DNA of 64,000 bases from Faecousia sp. (GCA_051867285.1 JBJDYL010000097.1:740-64739), one strand, 5' to 3'. Numbered from the stretch's first letter, positions 40,101 to 49,076 are shown. The notes: generated by a model not told the origin, from the sequence alone. Numbers and translations are program-made.

Positions 40101-41847
40101 CTTCAATCCGCTCGCCCACATAGCCGGTGTAATTTTCCTGCTGGAAACGGACACCGGTTGCGGTTTGGGCTTTCTCAGCGATGTAGGATACCGTGGAAAT
40201 GGTATCATCCCAGGTCTCGGCGGTGATGGTGTAGGTTTCGCCCGCTGTCATGTATGCCTGCACCCAGTCGTGGTTCCACATATCCACGTCAGGGCCCCAC
40301 AGATGCATCCAGGCGTTTTCGTTATTGACGTACCGGATGACGTAGTTGCCGCTTGCGCTGGGGGTGAAGGTGAACCATTTTTCTTCGCCAAAGGTGGTAG
40401 GCACAGTGACGGTCTCCCCCTCAGGCAACACGATCGCATCCAATACATGAATGGTGAGGGTCGCGGAGTTGCCATAGCCGTCGGTGGCAGTCAGCGTTGT
40501 ATCACCGGCTTGCAGGCCCCGGTACTGGCAGTCGTTCTGCTGACCTTCCAAAATCTCAACGACGCTAGAATCCGCAACCGACCAAGTGACCATTGTGCGG
40601 TCGGCATTCCCGGGATTCATTTGCAGCCAAACGCCCTGCTGCTGCCCAACCGTGATGGTGGTTTCGTCGTAATCCAACTGCAGGCTGTCAGCTTCAACTG
40701 CGTTGTCCAGATGCAGGTCGAAATTCCAGACATCCCCGGAGTAATTAAAGACGAGAACCTTGTAGGTATTGTCAGCCTCTGCGGTGAAGGCGTTGTTCAG
40801 CCAGGACAGGCTGACCGTCTCACCGTTCTCGTCAAATACCTCGATGTGGGGCCATCCGCTGAGTTCTCCCTCGCACCAGAAAACATAACTGCCGGAGGTG
40901 GGAACCGTGAATTCAAAGAACACCTGCTCCTGAGGCTCCATGGTCAGCTGTTTCACCTCACCAACCTGAAAGGTCTCAACACTCTTAGCGGTGATCTTGT
41001 AGCTGGCAGTTTTACCATTGGAGGCTGTTGCCGTAATGGTCGTTTCACCGACCCCAACCAGCTTCACTTCACAAGCAGTTCCCTGCGGATTGGAAACGAT
41101 GGCAACGCTTTCATCGTTGCTTGCCCATGTGATCTGCCCATGATCGGAATTCGCAGGCGTACGGGAAAGCCGGTTCCAGAAGTATTGTCCAACATACCCT
41201 TCCAACTCACTGTCCCAGAAGGCTATGCCTTCCAGTTCCGCAATTTCGTCCAGAGAGAATACAGCCTCATAGGACTGATCCGAGCAGGCGCTGATCGTGA
41301 TCCTGTATTGCTCACCCTGCTGCGCACCATAAAGACACGCGTAGGCGTTTCCGCCTCCGACCACTCCACCCGACGCGTGTGTGATCTCTACGAAGGGATC
41401 AAACCCACGAATTTCTTCTTCGTTCCACGAGACGATAAAATTACCATCTTCTGGCGCAGTAAATAGGAACGTATAGCAGGGAGCATTGTCCTCCATGGGC
41501 TGCATGGTCAGACTCTTTTCTTCTCCCAGACTCCAGGTATCGAAGTCCTCCTCTAATGCTTCCGGCTCCTCACTGAAAACGACAATTCCCGGCTCTGTCT
41601 CCGAAACCGTTTCCAGTTCTGTCTCCGGAGTGGTCTCGGGAACGGTCCCCGGAACCGTTTCCGGAACTGTTTCCGGTACGGTTTCCGGCTCGGTGGCCGG
41701 CTCCGTCTGCGGCTCGGTTTCGGCAACCGTCTCAAGCACAGTACTATCTACATTCTCCGTGGCAGTCTCTTCCGCTGCTGCACTTAGCGGCAGCAGGGAA
41801 AAAACCATTGAAAATGCCAGAAACAGGGATAGTGTACGTTTTAACAT
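34159..41847 (-). CDS. Giant secreted/surface protein (2562 aa) with tandem Ig-like repeats
   Basis: SD AGGAG then MLKRTLSLFLAFSMVFSLLPLSAAA (signal peptide), a PET-rich linker, and about 9 units with FTPxxSGxY alternating with Big_2-like W..s..sV....G...ITAT segments. Confidence 0.85.
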   Translation of the reverse strand: MLKRTLSLFLAFSMVFSLLPLSAAAEETATENVDSTVLETVAETEPQTEPATEPETVPETVPETVPGTVPETTPETELETVSETEPGIVVFSEEPEALEEDFDTWSLGEEKSLTMQPMEDNAPCYTFLFTAPEDGNFIVSWNEEEIRGFDPFVEITHASGGVVGGGNAYACLYGAQQGEQYRITISACSDQSYEAVFSLDEIAELEGIAFWDSELEGYVGQYFWNRLSRTPANSDHGQITWASNDESVAIVSNPQGTACEVKLVGVGETTITATASNGKTASYKITAKSVETFQVGEVKQLTMEPQEQVFFEFTVPTSGSYVFWCEGELSGWPHIEVFDENGETVSLSWLNNAFTAEADNTYKVLVFNYSGDVWNFDLHLDNAVEADSLQLDYDETTITVGQQQGVWLQMNPGNADRTMVTWSVADSSVVEILEGQQNDCQYRGLQAGDTTLTATDGYGNSATLTIHVLDAIVLPEGETVTVPTTFGEEKWFTFTPSASGNYVIRYVNNENAWMHLWGPDVDMWNHDWVQAYMTAGETYTITAETWDDTISTVSYIAEKAQTATGVRFQQENYTGYVGERIEAKLYYEPANGLFEDMEYTMEGDGGATLADSWRVGTNLLLTQAGEITLTAKSTQEGSTLTASCTITVMETETWALGETKELSMQGWDPVVYQFTAPEDNGYIVWEDGSDRAWIEVYDQDGERTGVNGGGFVQFDAQANQTYLIKLWANSDDTYQAVFHLDNLVPATGISPRYAEELYAYSGESIWLMLDFTPGNASRGQITWECDNPTSVEVVESSMDGCCVLLKEPGTATITATHNRVEGVSTSFTIHVLDVTDIYEGEAVDFSLQPWEERGFRFTASESGPYTLWNESDAPYRVCLLDPEGYIEQDFAVPLNAEAGQTYMFKVLNTSDETQDYTFRVEKSVRAERIYPAFESESVCVGDILDRPLNYDPINSIPEEIIWSVYPEGSAQIIQSNYGFVYFEVLKEGEFTLTASTADGRLTSTCTYTATVPDAITTDGITATFPAKWVQSYSFTPTVSGTYTVWVESEEWISLMITDPVSKEVTEGSNLMHFDFTEGETYLISVVNTNDHPVEATVHVQLSEPVQELDLHFLDLDPGRVPETVNAYVGERFYIDLNSQPYYALREDIQWTAEPAGIVEFEYTHEYGCELVFRGEGDVTITAASGEVSTSCTFHVQKPEDIALGFDRTVQLTYGDRIGYRFTPTESGTYLFWDKNYAWSDIPVCEEFGDHIDFVSNFVQFDAEAGKSYLIIPRNINDDHESEFCLEKCEDVVSIQLSEENFSGFIGDVLWIDTLFTPENGYRQDLQWQVDDESVIRIRNSYSARAEVLLVGEGTATVTATVGTLEAKCTVTVKAPVELRVGEVKDISLASGETAGFVFTPAESGTYVFWDEYQQRTYIELCDADANWLGSSSDARLVINAEAGRTYYIHVIHYIESISVVNMRLHLEAMTKANGLRLGTVDTAYVYVGQHLWPCVYMDPINGSHGKLEWEYDPAYLEMIEDFDPMGDDCHVALRKAGTTTLTVTDTETGFSDERTLVIKSIGQLTLGETQPIRQRNELEFSLDSFTPEETGTYVLKADTDQILKIWIYTGGTIADAEFIQAVTLGGDQKEVALELEGGQIYLVESALYTEQDEQTVGQYALCITELSAPIAFVKDYLALKEGETAELALTLAYDFLRPEDVVWTVDNTDIVTMENGIATANKVGSTYVIASVTICGETYAARCRIDVTSASEITGVQLGTTALTTELFRTDYAEFDVIFRKADGTASGASILEASFADSAVAELFDLEVKNDRTLLVKPTAKALADNGKAVSGTYSSKVMVTIVGASNPLTTETVLKLTVKKTMPKLKAAALTFNSFYTGQSQPVIITGATVTGMEATALPVWLEEQSEGVLALNENAPEKSTSGSVTLLVETEEWAIPTAVTVSVKLTYKAPGLKLSASSATFANANSRGVTLKLLCTSKTDTLEALNVRDITVLDDNLAVQDFDLADGSFTLIPTGNVTSGKKTLNVSFYDTDKVLALTVTVSVKSVTISVKPSTVTLNSVVGDSASIALTASPADYAADDVDFRLLDSKNLDAEGALDLGYQDGVIFIDTNDNTLPGATYKLYVSTADTAKETLITVKTLAENKSTVTLSAKVTGSIDLSFPDSYAVVTATFKNYASGLCTLEGYSVTASQGKNAPVDVTDSFGFDYVDGQYRVWATDMDNLAVGSTYQLTMTFSLSDGSEYSCTVKIPVKRTAIKLKLSKTSLSLNKVIEDWATVDVTCLTAGYDLDDLVITGDDNLDVRYLPGGMLYVGTNEDTVPGATYKVQVKATELDSPVTLTVKILTEKNSTVTASLKAKGTIDVVRDGTSVVITPAYKNYAGESYIGETITIYSSKDGKVYEDDVTSLFDITHNEDGTYTIAKWPGAELDITLKYRAVMSFSEIEENSKSAYVALTVKSGTASVKLADTVVLYKDIPGDRSIFQFTVTDQTLNPIEKVEIKDQKLAALYEIHNLGGGEFTIGFKDGVTKPAAKTYSIALNVFMEGNYSDKPNATATLKLQIK
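41620..41720 (-). repeat. 12-bp coding tandem repeat (PETV/PGTV linker)
   Basis: EPETVPETVPETVPGTVPETTPETE. Confidence 0.7.
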
Positions 41848-42219
41848 GGTGCATTCTCCTTTTTGGCACATTTGAAACAAGACGCTGCTGTCAGCAATCC
41901 GGGAAGCAGGAGCGCGGAAACCAAGCATCCATTTCATCATTTTACATTATATATTACTGCTTTGAAAATTTCCATACATTTTTTACAAATTATTCCATCT
42001 TTCTTTGCGCAAATCCGTCAGTTTTCCGTGTACCTGCCATTGGGCGGCAAGAGACGGATTTCCGGAAAAGGAAACAAAAAAACACGCAGTCCAGTGCGGC
42101 TCCCGAATATCTGCCCTTACGGGCGTTCTCCGCCCGCATCTGTTTCAATAATGGTTCTTTTCCTGTCATTTTGTCAGTTGTTTTCTCAAAAAAAGGAGAA
42201 ACTTCTCCATATTCGGCAA

Positions 42220-42248
42220 TTTACAGCCGGCGTGCCGGATGCTATACT
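42220..42248 (+). promoter_or_regulatory. sigmaA promoter of the purine permease
   Basis: TTTACA-17 bp-TATACT, with TG immediately upstream of the -10 region (TGc). Confidence 0.6.
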
Positions 42249-42278
42249 AATGAAAGTTCTGGAAAGAGAGGTTTTTCT

Positions 42279-43685
42279 ATGAAGAAATCATACCGGCTGT
42301 CCGAGGCAGCTTTTTCTCTGGACGGCAAAATGCCCCTGAAGCAGGCAATTCCTCTGGGCTTGCAGCATGTGCTCGCCATGTTCGTGGGCAACCTGACGCC
42401 CCTGCTGATTATCACCGGCGCCTGCGGCATCGCCGGCGGTGAGTTCGCAGATCTGCAGCTGCACCTGCTGCAGAACGCCATGCTGGTGGCGGGCATCGTC
42501 ACGCTGGTTCAGCTGTTCTCCGTGGGCCCCATCGGCGGCAAGGTTCCCATTATCATGGGCACTTCCTCCGGATTTATCGGGGTGTTCAACAGTGTGGCTG
42601 CCACTATGGGCGGCGGCGTTCTCGCCTACGGCGCGATTATGGGTGCGTCCATCATCGGCGGCCTGTTTGAAACTGTGCTGGGCTTCTTCCTCAAGCCCCT
42701 GCGGAAGTTCTTCCCCGCAGTGGTCACCGGCACCGTGGTCATGTCCATCGGTCTGAGCCTGATCTCCGTAGGCATCAACTCCTTCGGCGGCGGCAGCGGA
42801 GCCAAGGATTTCGGCTCCATGGAAAACCTGCTGCTGGCAATCTTCGTGCTGGTGATGATCCTGGTTTTCAAGCACGGCACCAAAGGCTTTGCCAGTTCTT
42901 CCGCCATTCTGCTGGGCATTATTTGCGGTTACATTGCGGCGTTTGTTATGGGTTTTGTTCTTCCCACCACCGGCGTGACTGCCGAGGGCGTGGAGTACAC
43001 CAAGGCATGGGTTCTGAATTGGAATAAGGTCGCCGACGCGGCCTGGTTTGAGATCCCCAAGCTGATGCCTGTAAAGCCTGTTTTTGATCTGCGGGCGATT
43101 GCACCGGTACTGATTATGTTCGTAGTCACCGCTGTGGAAACCGTGGGCGACATTTCCGGCGTTATGGAGGGCGGTTTGGGCCGGGAGGCTACCGACAAGG
43201 AGCTGTCCGGCGGCATCATCTGCGATGGTATCGGTTCTTCCTTTGCCGCTCTGTTCGGCGTGCTGCCCAACACCTCCTTCAGCCAGAACGTGGGTCTGGT
43301 TGCCATGACCAAGGTGGTCAACCGTTTTGCCCTGGCTACCGGCGCGGTGTTCCTGATTCTGTGCGGCCTGTGCCCCAAGCTGGGCGCACTGGTGTCCATC
43401 ATGCCCCAGTCCGTGCTGGGCGGCGCTGCGGTGATGATGTTCTCCTCCATTGTCATCAGCGGCATCCAGCTGATCACCAAGGAGCCGCTGACCGCCCGGA
43501 ACCTGTCCATCGTCTCCGTGGCGCTGGGCGTAGGCTACGGCATGGGCGCCAACACCGGCATTCTGGCTCAGGCGCCTCAGGCTGTCAGCCTGATCTTCGG
43601 CGGCTCCGGCATTGTGCCCGCCGCTGTAGTGGCAATTGCGCTGAATATTCTGCTGCCCAAGGAAGCAGAAAAAGTGGAGCAGTGA
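42279..43685 (+). CDS. NCS2 family xanthine/uracil permease
   Basis: LGLQHVLAMF, VETVGD, NTSFSQNVGLVAMTKV (NAT signature); start set at MKKSY. Confidence 0.93.
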   Translation: MKKSYRLSEAAFSLDGKMPLKQAIPLGLQHVLAMFVGNLTPLLIITGACGIAGGEFADLQLHLLQNAMLVAGIVTLVQLFSVGPIGGKVPIIMGTSSGFIGVFNSVAATMGGGVLAYGAIMGASIIGGLFETVLGFFLKPLRKFFPAVVTGTVVMSIGLSLISVGINSFGGGSGAKDFGSMENLLLAIFVLVMILVFKHGTKGFASSSAILLGIICGYIAAFVMGFVLPTTGVTAEGVEYTKAWVLNWNKVADAAWFEIPKLMPVKPVFDLRAIAPVLIMFVVTAVETVGDISGVMEGGLGREATDKELSGGIICDGIGSSFAALFGVLPNTSFSQNVGLVAMTKVVNRFALATGAVFLILCGLCPKLGALVSIMPQSVLGGAAVMMFSSIVISGIQLITKEPLTARNLSIVSVALGVGYGMGANTGILAQAPQAVSLIFGGSGIVPAAVVAIALNILLPKEAEKVEQ

Positions 43686-43691
43686 GGTTCC

Positions 43692-44591
43692 TCACCGCTC
43701 CAGCAATTCCTGTAGAGTTTGCGGACAATCTACATCCATCAACTCATATTTATCCCGGACGGGCAGCGTACGCACCTGTTCGGGATATTTTTTTGCCACA
43801 TAGCCGCCGCCTTTCCCCTGCGGCAGGGTGCGCAGTTCGCCAAATGCCCATCGGGGAAAGAGCACCGGCGCGCCGGGCTGGCCTTCAAATTCCGTGCGCC
43901 AGATGGCGTCGGGCGTGTCCCTCCAGGACGAAACCAGCGCCGCCACAGTTTCCTGCCGGAGAAGGGGCTGATCCCCGGGGCAGAACAGGCAGCCCTCCAC
44001 ATCGCCCACCGCTTCCAGCCCCAGACGCACGGTGTCGCTGCGGTTGGGCAGGTCGTGCAGCACAACCTCCACCCCCCGTTCCCGGCAGAAGGCAGCCACG
44101 TCTGCATGCCGGGTGACCACCACCCGCCGGGCAAAAAGTCCATCGGTAGCCGCAAGAATTCGAGAAATCATAGGCTGCCCCCGAAAATCCGCCATCAACT
44201 TGTTGCCGCCGAAGCGTTTTCCCAACCCGGACGCCATGATGACGCAGCCCACGGCTTGTTCCGGGAAAAACTGCGCATACAGCTTCCGGTTGGCCTGAAT
44301 GCAGGCGTCCCTGTAGGCTTCGTATTTCGCAAGCCACACCCGTCCCTCCGGGGTCAGGGTGCTGCCGCCGCCGTCTTTTCCGCCCACGCTTCGCTGAGTC
44401 AGCGGAAAGCCCAGGGCAGTCTCCGCCTGCTTCACCAGCTTCAGCGCCTTGCTGTAGGCCATCTCCATGGAAGCTGCCGCGCAGCGCAGAGAGCCGGTTT
44501 CCTCCACTGCCCGCAGCAGACGGCAGGGGCCTTCTCCGAAGAATTTCTCACCGGAATCATCTAAAAACTGGATTTTTGTCACCGGTTTCAT
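43692..44591 (-). CDS. ModE-type wHTH fused to a MocA/MobA-like nucleotidyltransferase
   Basis: N-term FFGEGPCRLLRAVEETGSLRCAAASMEMAYSKA...GGKDGGGSTLT; C-term MASGLGKRFGGNKL, GDQP, DVD. Confidence 0.88.
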   Translation of the reverse strand: MKPVTKIQFLDDSGEKFFGEGPCRLLRAVEETGSLRCAAASMEMAYSKALKLVKQAETALGFPLTQRSVGGKDGGGSTLTPEGRVWLAKYEAYRDACIQANRKLYAQFFPEQAVGCVIMASGLGKRFGGNKLMADFRGQPMISRILAATDGLFARRVVVTRHADVAAFCRERGVEVVLHDLPNRSDTVRLGLEAVGDVEGCLFCPGDQPLLRQETVAALVSSWRDTPDAIWRTEFEGQPGAPVLFPRWAFGELRTLPQGKGGGYVAKKYPEQVRTLPVRDKYELMDVDCPQTLQELLER

Positions 44592-45202
44592 GTCTGTTCC
44601 TCCTTCAGCAGGGAAAACAGTCGCCGGACATCTTCGCCGGTTCCCCCGGCGGGATACACCGAAAGAGATATGCCCGGGTATCGTTCCCGCAGCGTGCGCA
44701 GATATCCCTGCAAGACCAGACGGGCAATGTGCTCCAGCGTAACGGCAGTGTCCTCTGATGCGCCAAGGCACCGCTTTACCAGCTCCGGACGGTGGGCGAC
44801 TTCTCCCAACGGCTTTCCCAAAGCGTGCAGCCCGCAGACAATCACGATTTCCTCCACATTGTCATAGATCACTGGCTCGGTGCTGTTGGGAAATTTGATG
44901 GGCTTACGGTTGGAACCGTCCGCTTCCACCAGTACAACGTCTGCATGGGCGCACACTTGGGCGTAGGTATCCCGGGAAAGCGACCTGATTTTCCCTCCCT
45001 CCGGGAGTCCTGCCATGGCGTAACCGGTTTTCTCCAGCTGCCGGATGATCGCGTCGGCATCGTCTGTCAGCAGGGTGTCCTCTTCGATCGCCATATGGGT
45101 GGAGGTGGTGACAAACACCCGCTTGCCCTCTTCCAGATACTGCCGCGCCTGTTTGTGAATCAGTGTCGTCTTTCCGCCGGAACCCACAAAGGCTCTAATC
45201 AT
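44588..45202 (-). CDS. yqeC: Selenium cofactor biosynthesis protein YqeC
   Basis: FVGSGGKTT, VTTSTHM, VEADGS..KPIKFP..TEPV. Confidence 0.88.
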   Translation of the reverse strand: MIRAFVGSGGKTTLIHKQARQYLEEGKRVFVTTSTHMAIEEDTLLTDDADAIIRQLEKTGYAMAGLPEGGKIRSLSRDTYAQVCAHADVVLVEADGSNRKPIKFPNSTEPVIYDNVEEIVIVCGLHALGKPLGEVAHRPELVKRCLGASEDTAVTLEHIARLVLQGYLRTLRERYPGISLSVYPAGGTGEDVRRLFSLLKEEQT

Positions 45203-46013
45203 CGTTCAGCCTTCCTCTCAAATGCAGAATGGCTTCCAGCACCCCGCCGGCAATGCACCGAGCTTTATCGGAGATGGTGAAGCAGTTGTCGTATTCCTCC
45301 GCTCTGGGGTCGATATCCGCAATTTTGAAGCCCTTCGTTACCGGATAGCCGTCCCGGATCAGCCCCCGGAGCAGGCCGTTGATGGTAGCGGTAACAGGAA
45401 CGATTCCGGTTTCCGTTTCCACAACGGCAATGGTTTCCCCTTTGACTACGGTATCCGTGATTTTCGCAATGTTACGAAGAACACCCGCCGCCGGACTGTG
45501 AATTACCCGCTCTTTTCCATAGCCGCCGATGACACCGGGAATTCCGGTGTTGGGAATGGCAGCGCCGGAATAGAGGACTCTTCCGAGACTGTGTCCCCGT
45601 TTGGTTTCCACCACGGCATCCACATCCACACCGGCGGTAAATCCGGGGCCAAGGGCAACCGTAACAGGTGCCATGCCTCTGTGGGTGCCAAGATTTTTCT
45701 TCGCCAGAATGGCATCCACAACGGCCAGGGGATGCAGCCGGGAAATGCTGCTGCTCTCCGGGTCAACCAGCATGACCAGCTTTCCTTCCCGCAGATATGC
45801 CTTTGCCTGTTCCAGGGAATCGGCTTTCCAGCAGGTCACGCCCTCCACGGTCTGGCTTCCCTGATAAACGGCCTCGCTGAAACAGACGTTTCTGCGGATT
45901 GCGGAAGGATGCTCCGCTTCCAGAATCAGCACGGGAAATCCGCACTGGTAAAGTTTATAGATCGTTCCGGTGGCAAGGTCGCCGCCGCCGCGAACGATGA
46001 TGAGATTCTCCAT
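45195..46013 (-). CDS. yqeB: Selenium-dependent molybdenum hydroxylase system protein YqeB
   Basis: VRGGGDLATG, DAILAKKNLGT, ETKRGH, ISDKARCIAGGVLEA. Confidence 0.92.
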   Translation of the reverse strand: MENLIIVRGGGDLATGTIYKLYQCGFPVLILEAEHPSAIRRNVCFSEAVYQGSQTVEGVTCWKADSLEQAKAYLREGKLVMLVDPESSSISRLHPLAVVDAILAKKNLGTHRGMAPVTVALGPGFTAGVDVDAVVETKRGHSLGRVLYSGAAIPNTGIPGVIGGYGKERVIHSPAAGVLRNIAKITDTVVKGETIAVVETETGIVPVTATINGLLRGLIRDGYPVTKGFKIADIDPRAEEYDNCFTISDKARCIAGGVLEAILHLRGRLNDD

Positions 46014-46022
46014 AGTTCTTTG

Positions 46023-47060
46023 TTATTCCAGGCACAGCCAGGAATCTTCCTTTTCTGTAACATAGCCGATGACTGCGGCCTGGGGAATTGTCTCCTGCAA
46101 TTTCCGCAGGCAGTCTCCGGCAGCCTCCCGGGGCAGGGTGAACAGCAGACCGCCGCTGGTCTGGGGATCGTAGAGAATGTCCTGCACGGGAAGGGGAACG
46201 TCCCGGCAGAGCCTGACGCTGCTTTCCGCATACCCCCGGTTCCGGTACGCGCCCGCTGGGACAAAGCCCATGGACGCAAGCTCATAGGCTTCCGGGTGGA
46301 AGGGCACCGCGTCCACGGAAATGTGGATGGTGCAGCCGCTGCCCTGGGCCATTTCCAGACTGTGCCCCAGCAGGGAAAAGCCGGTAACGTCGGTGCAGCT
46401 ATGTACGGGGTACTGCACCATGATGTCCCGGGCGGATTTATTCAGGGTTGCCATCTGGGCATGGATTCGATCCAGAACTGCCTGTTCCACCAGATCCGCT
46501 TTGGCGCCTGTGGTGAGAATGCCGATGCCCAGGGGCTTTGTCAGAATCAGGGCATCCCCGGGCTTGGCGTTGCTGTTGGTCAGCACCTTTTCGGGATGCA
46601 CAAAGCCGGACACGGCAAGGCCATAGATCGGCTCTGCACCCCGGATGGTATGCCCTCCGGTGATGATGACGCCGGCCTCGTAGGCCGCGTCATAACCGCC
46701 CCGGAGAATCTCCCGGACGGTTTCGTCCCCCATACTCTCGGCAGCGCAGAGAATGTTCAGCGCCAGCTTTGGCTCGCCGCCCATGGCATAGACATCGCTC
46801 ATGGCGTTGGCAGCGGCGATTTTTCCATAGAGATAGGGATCGTCCACAATGGGTGGGAAAAAATCGGTGGTCTGAATCAGGGCGGTATTTTCGTCCAGAA
46901 CATAGACGCTGGCATCGTCACTTTTGTCATAGCCCACGATGAGTCGGGGATCGGTGTGGGTTTTGAAATTCTCCAACATCCGTGCCAGGGTTCCGGCGGC
47001 CATTTTGGCGCCGCAGCCGGCGCAGTTCGCCAGCTTGGTCAGCTTCACTTCTGTTTCCAT
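46023..47060 (-). CDS. selD: Selenide, water dikinase (Cys form)
   Basis: LTKLANCAGCGAK, DDASVY, TTDFFPPIVDDP, DVTGFSLLGH, DPQTSGGLL. Confidence 0.95.
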   Translation of the reverse strand: METEVKLTKLANCAGCGAKMAAGTLARMLENFKTHTDPRLIVGYDKSDDASVYVLDENTALIQTTDFFPPIVDDPYLYGKIAAANAMSDVYAMGGEPKLALNILCAAESMGDETVREILRGGYDAAYEAGVIITGGHTIRGAEPIYGLAVSGFVHPEKVLTNSNAKPGDALILTKPLGIGILTTGAKADLVEQAVLDRIHAQMATLNKSARDIMVQYPVHSCTDVTGFSLLGHSLEMAQGSGCTIHISVDAVPFHPEAYELASMGFVPAGAYRNRGYAESSVRLCRDVPLPVQDILYDPQTSGGLLFTLPREAAGDCLRKLQETIPQAAVIGYVTEKEDSWLCLE

Positions 47061-47061
47061 A

Positions 47062-47673
47062 TCAGGGTCTGAGCACAATGCGCGCGGATTCCATCCGCTC
47101 CACAATATCGTACATATTGGTGACGCCGCCCACCGCCAGCTTGTCCTTCAGTCCGTAGAAGTCCAGGCAGGTGCCGCAGGTGAGAATGGTAACGCCCTCC
47201 GATTCCAGCAGCTTCAGATCTTCCAGGGTGTCCGCGCCCTCGCAGGTCAGATACGCGCCGGTGTTGTAGCATAGAATCGTCTCGGGCAGAACGTCCTGCC
47301 GGGTCAGCGCGAACACAAAGGCCTTCATCAGGGATTTGCCCAGCCGCTCGTCTCCGGTTCCCATGCAGTTGGCGGACAATACCACCAGCATTCCCTTCCT
47401 CCGGGAATCCGGGCTGCAGGCAGCTTCCTCCGGCTTTGGGACTTCCGCAGCCGCGCCGATGTGCATGGTGACGGCGTATTCTTGTTCGCCCTTCTTTTCG
47501 CCGGAGGCGGCGAAGCCCTTGTGCCCGGCGAACCGCTGCAAATTCTGCACGGCAATTTCATTGTCCACCAGAACGATGAGGGTATCGCCGGGATTCAGGG
47601 TTTCGGCGGCTTTTTTTGCGTTGACCACAGGCAGGGGACAGGCCATACCCCGGGCGTCTACGATTTTTTCCAT
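47062..47673 (-). CDS. yedF: Selenium metabolism protein YedF (TusA/SirA + DsrE domains)
   Basis: DARGMACPLPVV, CGTCLDFYG, VTNMYDIVE. Confidence 0.9.
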   Translation of the reverse strand: MEKIVDARGMACPLPVVNAKKAAETLNPGDTLIVLVDNEIAVQNLQRFAGHKGFAASGEKKGEQEYAVTMHIGAAAEVPKPEEAACSPDSRRKGMLVVLSANCMGTGDERLGKSLMKAFVFALTRQDVLPETILCYNTGAYLTCEGADTLEDLKLLESEGVTILTCGTCLDFYGLKDKLAVGGVTNMYDIVERMESARIVLRP

Positions 47674-47676
47674 ATG

Positions 47677-48816
47677 TTATTCCTCCTGTGCAAGTTCCTG
47701 TATGGCGGAAATTGCGGTGTTGATTTCGTCCATGGTATTGTAGTGGGAAAAGCTGAACCGGACGGTGCCCTGGGTGCCGGTGCCCAGCGCGTCGTGCAGA
47801 AGCGGCGCGCAATGCGCACCGGGACGGGTGGCAATGCCGTATTGGGTAAAGAGCACGTCGCTGACCTGGGCGGAGTCGTAATCCCGGATATTCAGGGAGA
47901 CGATGGGGCAGCGACTCTCGCAGGAAAAGTCCCCGTAAACGGTGACCCCGGGAATATTCCGGATTCCGTCGTAGAATGCCCACACCAGCTCCAGTTCTTT
48001 TTCCCGGATGGTATGGATTCCGGTTTCCAGCAGATATCGAACCCCGGCATTCAATCCAGCAAGGCCGTGGGTGTTCAGTGTGCCGGCTTCCAGCGCGGTG
48101 GGCATCTGGGCAGGGTGGGTTTTGCTGTGGGACTGGACGCCGCTGCCGCCGGTGAGCAAGGGACGAACCGTTATTCCTTCCCGAACGTAGATGCCGCCGG
48201 TGCCCTGAGGGCCAAGCAGCCCCTTGTGTCCGGTGAAGCAGAGAATGCCGATGTTCATTTTCTGCACGTCGATGGGAAATACCCCAGCCGTCTGGGCGGC
48301 GTCCACCACAAACAGCAGGCCATGGGCTTTGGCAATGGCGCCCACCTGCCCAATGTCGATCAGATTTCCAGTCAGATTGGAACCGTGGGTGCAGACGATG
48401 GCACGGGTGTTTCTCCGGATAGCGGCTACCAGATCCGCGCAGGAAATTCGCCCCCTCTCATCGGCAGGGAGAATGGTCAGTTCCACTCCCAGCTGCTCCA
48501 TTTCATATAGAGGGCGCAGCACAGAGTTGTGCTCCAGCGCGGTGGTGATCACATGATCCCCGGGATTCAGGATTCCCTTGATGGCGATATTCAGGCTTTC
48601 CGTTGCGTTGGCGGTGAAGGCAATACGGGAGGGACTTTCTCCATGGAACAGCTGTGCCAGCGCGCACCGGGCATCATAAACGGCTCTGGAAGCTTCCAGA
48701 GCCGCTTCGTGGACGCCCCGCCCGGGATTTCCGTAAGCGGTCAGTCCGTGGGTCACAGCGGAGATAACGGATTGCGGCTTTTGCAGCGTGGTTGCGGCGT
48801 TGTCAAAGTAGATCAT
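47677..48816 (-). CDS. Cysteine desulfurase / selenocysteine lyase family (class V PLP enzyme)
   Basis: IYFDNAATT, EHNSV, DAAQTAG, TGHKGLLGPQG, RPGAHCAP. Confidence 0.92.
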   Translation of the reverse strand: MIYFDNAATTLQKPQSVISAVTHGLTAYGNPGRGVHEAALEASRAVYDARCALAQLFHGESPSRIAFTANATESLNIAIKGILNPGDHVITTALEHNSVLRPLYEMEQLGVELTILPADERGRISCADLVAAIRRNTRAIVCTHGSNLTGNLIDIGQVGAIAKAHGLLFVVDAAQTAGVFPIDVQKMNIGILCFTGHKGLLGPQGTGGIYVREGITVRPLLTGGSGVQSHSKTHPAQMPTALEAGTLNTHGLAGLNAGVRYLLETGIHTIREKELELVWAFYDGIRNIPGVTVYGDFSCESRCPIVSLNIRDYDSAQVSDVLFTQYGIATRPGAHCAPLLHDALGTGTQGTVRFSFSHYNTMDEINTAISAIQELAQEE

Positions 48817-48828
48817 AAAACCTCTCCA

Positions 48829-49065
48829 TCAAACCAGCAGATGATACACGCCCTGACAGGACAGCCCGGCGGCTTTCATCAGCTCCAGAAGCACTGCCTC
48901 CAGCGGGGGATCGGAACACCAGGCAAGTCCGCAGTCGGCGGTGATGGCGCCCGGTACCGGGATAATCCGGCCGCCGATGTTGTGGGTTTTGCAAAGCTGC
49001 TCCATGTCCATGGCGTCCGTGGTGGTATGGAAGGTCACCACAACCTTTGGGGATTTTCGGATCAT
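48829..49065 (-). CDS. DUF3343-like small putative Se/S carrier
   Basis: VTFHTTTDAM, GRIIPVPGAITADCGLAW; first gene of the selD operon. Confidence 0.8.
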   Translation of the reverse strand: MIRKSPKVVVTFHTTTDAMDMEQLCKTHNIGGRIIPVPGAITADCGLAWCSDPPLEAVLLELMKAAGLSCQGVYHLLV

Positions 49066-49076
49066 TGGATCACCAG

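Noticed and set aside
34141-41466. 2441-aa plus-strand ORF
   Set aside because: Antisense shadow of the giant minus-strand surface protein; no SD, signal or motifs. Long antisense frames are common with GC-biased codon usage.
41950-42278. Purine riboswitch ahead of the NCS2 permease, or the N-terminal extension in the 625-aa ORF call
   Set aside because: A sigmaA promoter lies only about 30 bp before the SD-supported ATG at 42279, leaving no room, and I did not recognise an aptamer consensus.
46023-47105. Selenocysteine (UGA) read-through in selD
   Set aside because: The active-site motif is encoded as CAGC with Cys codons; no in-frame TGA is needed.
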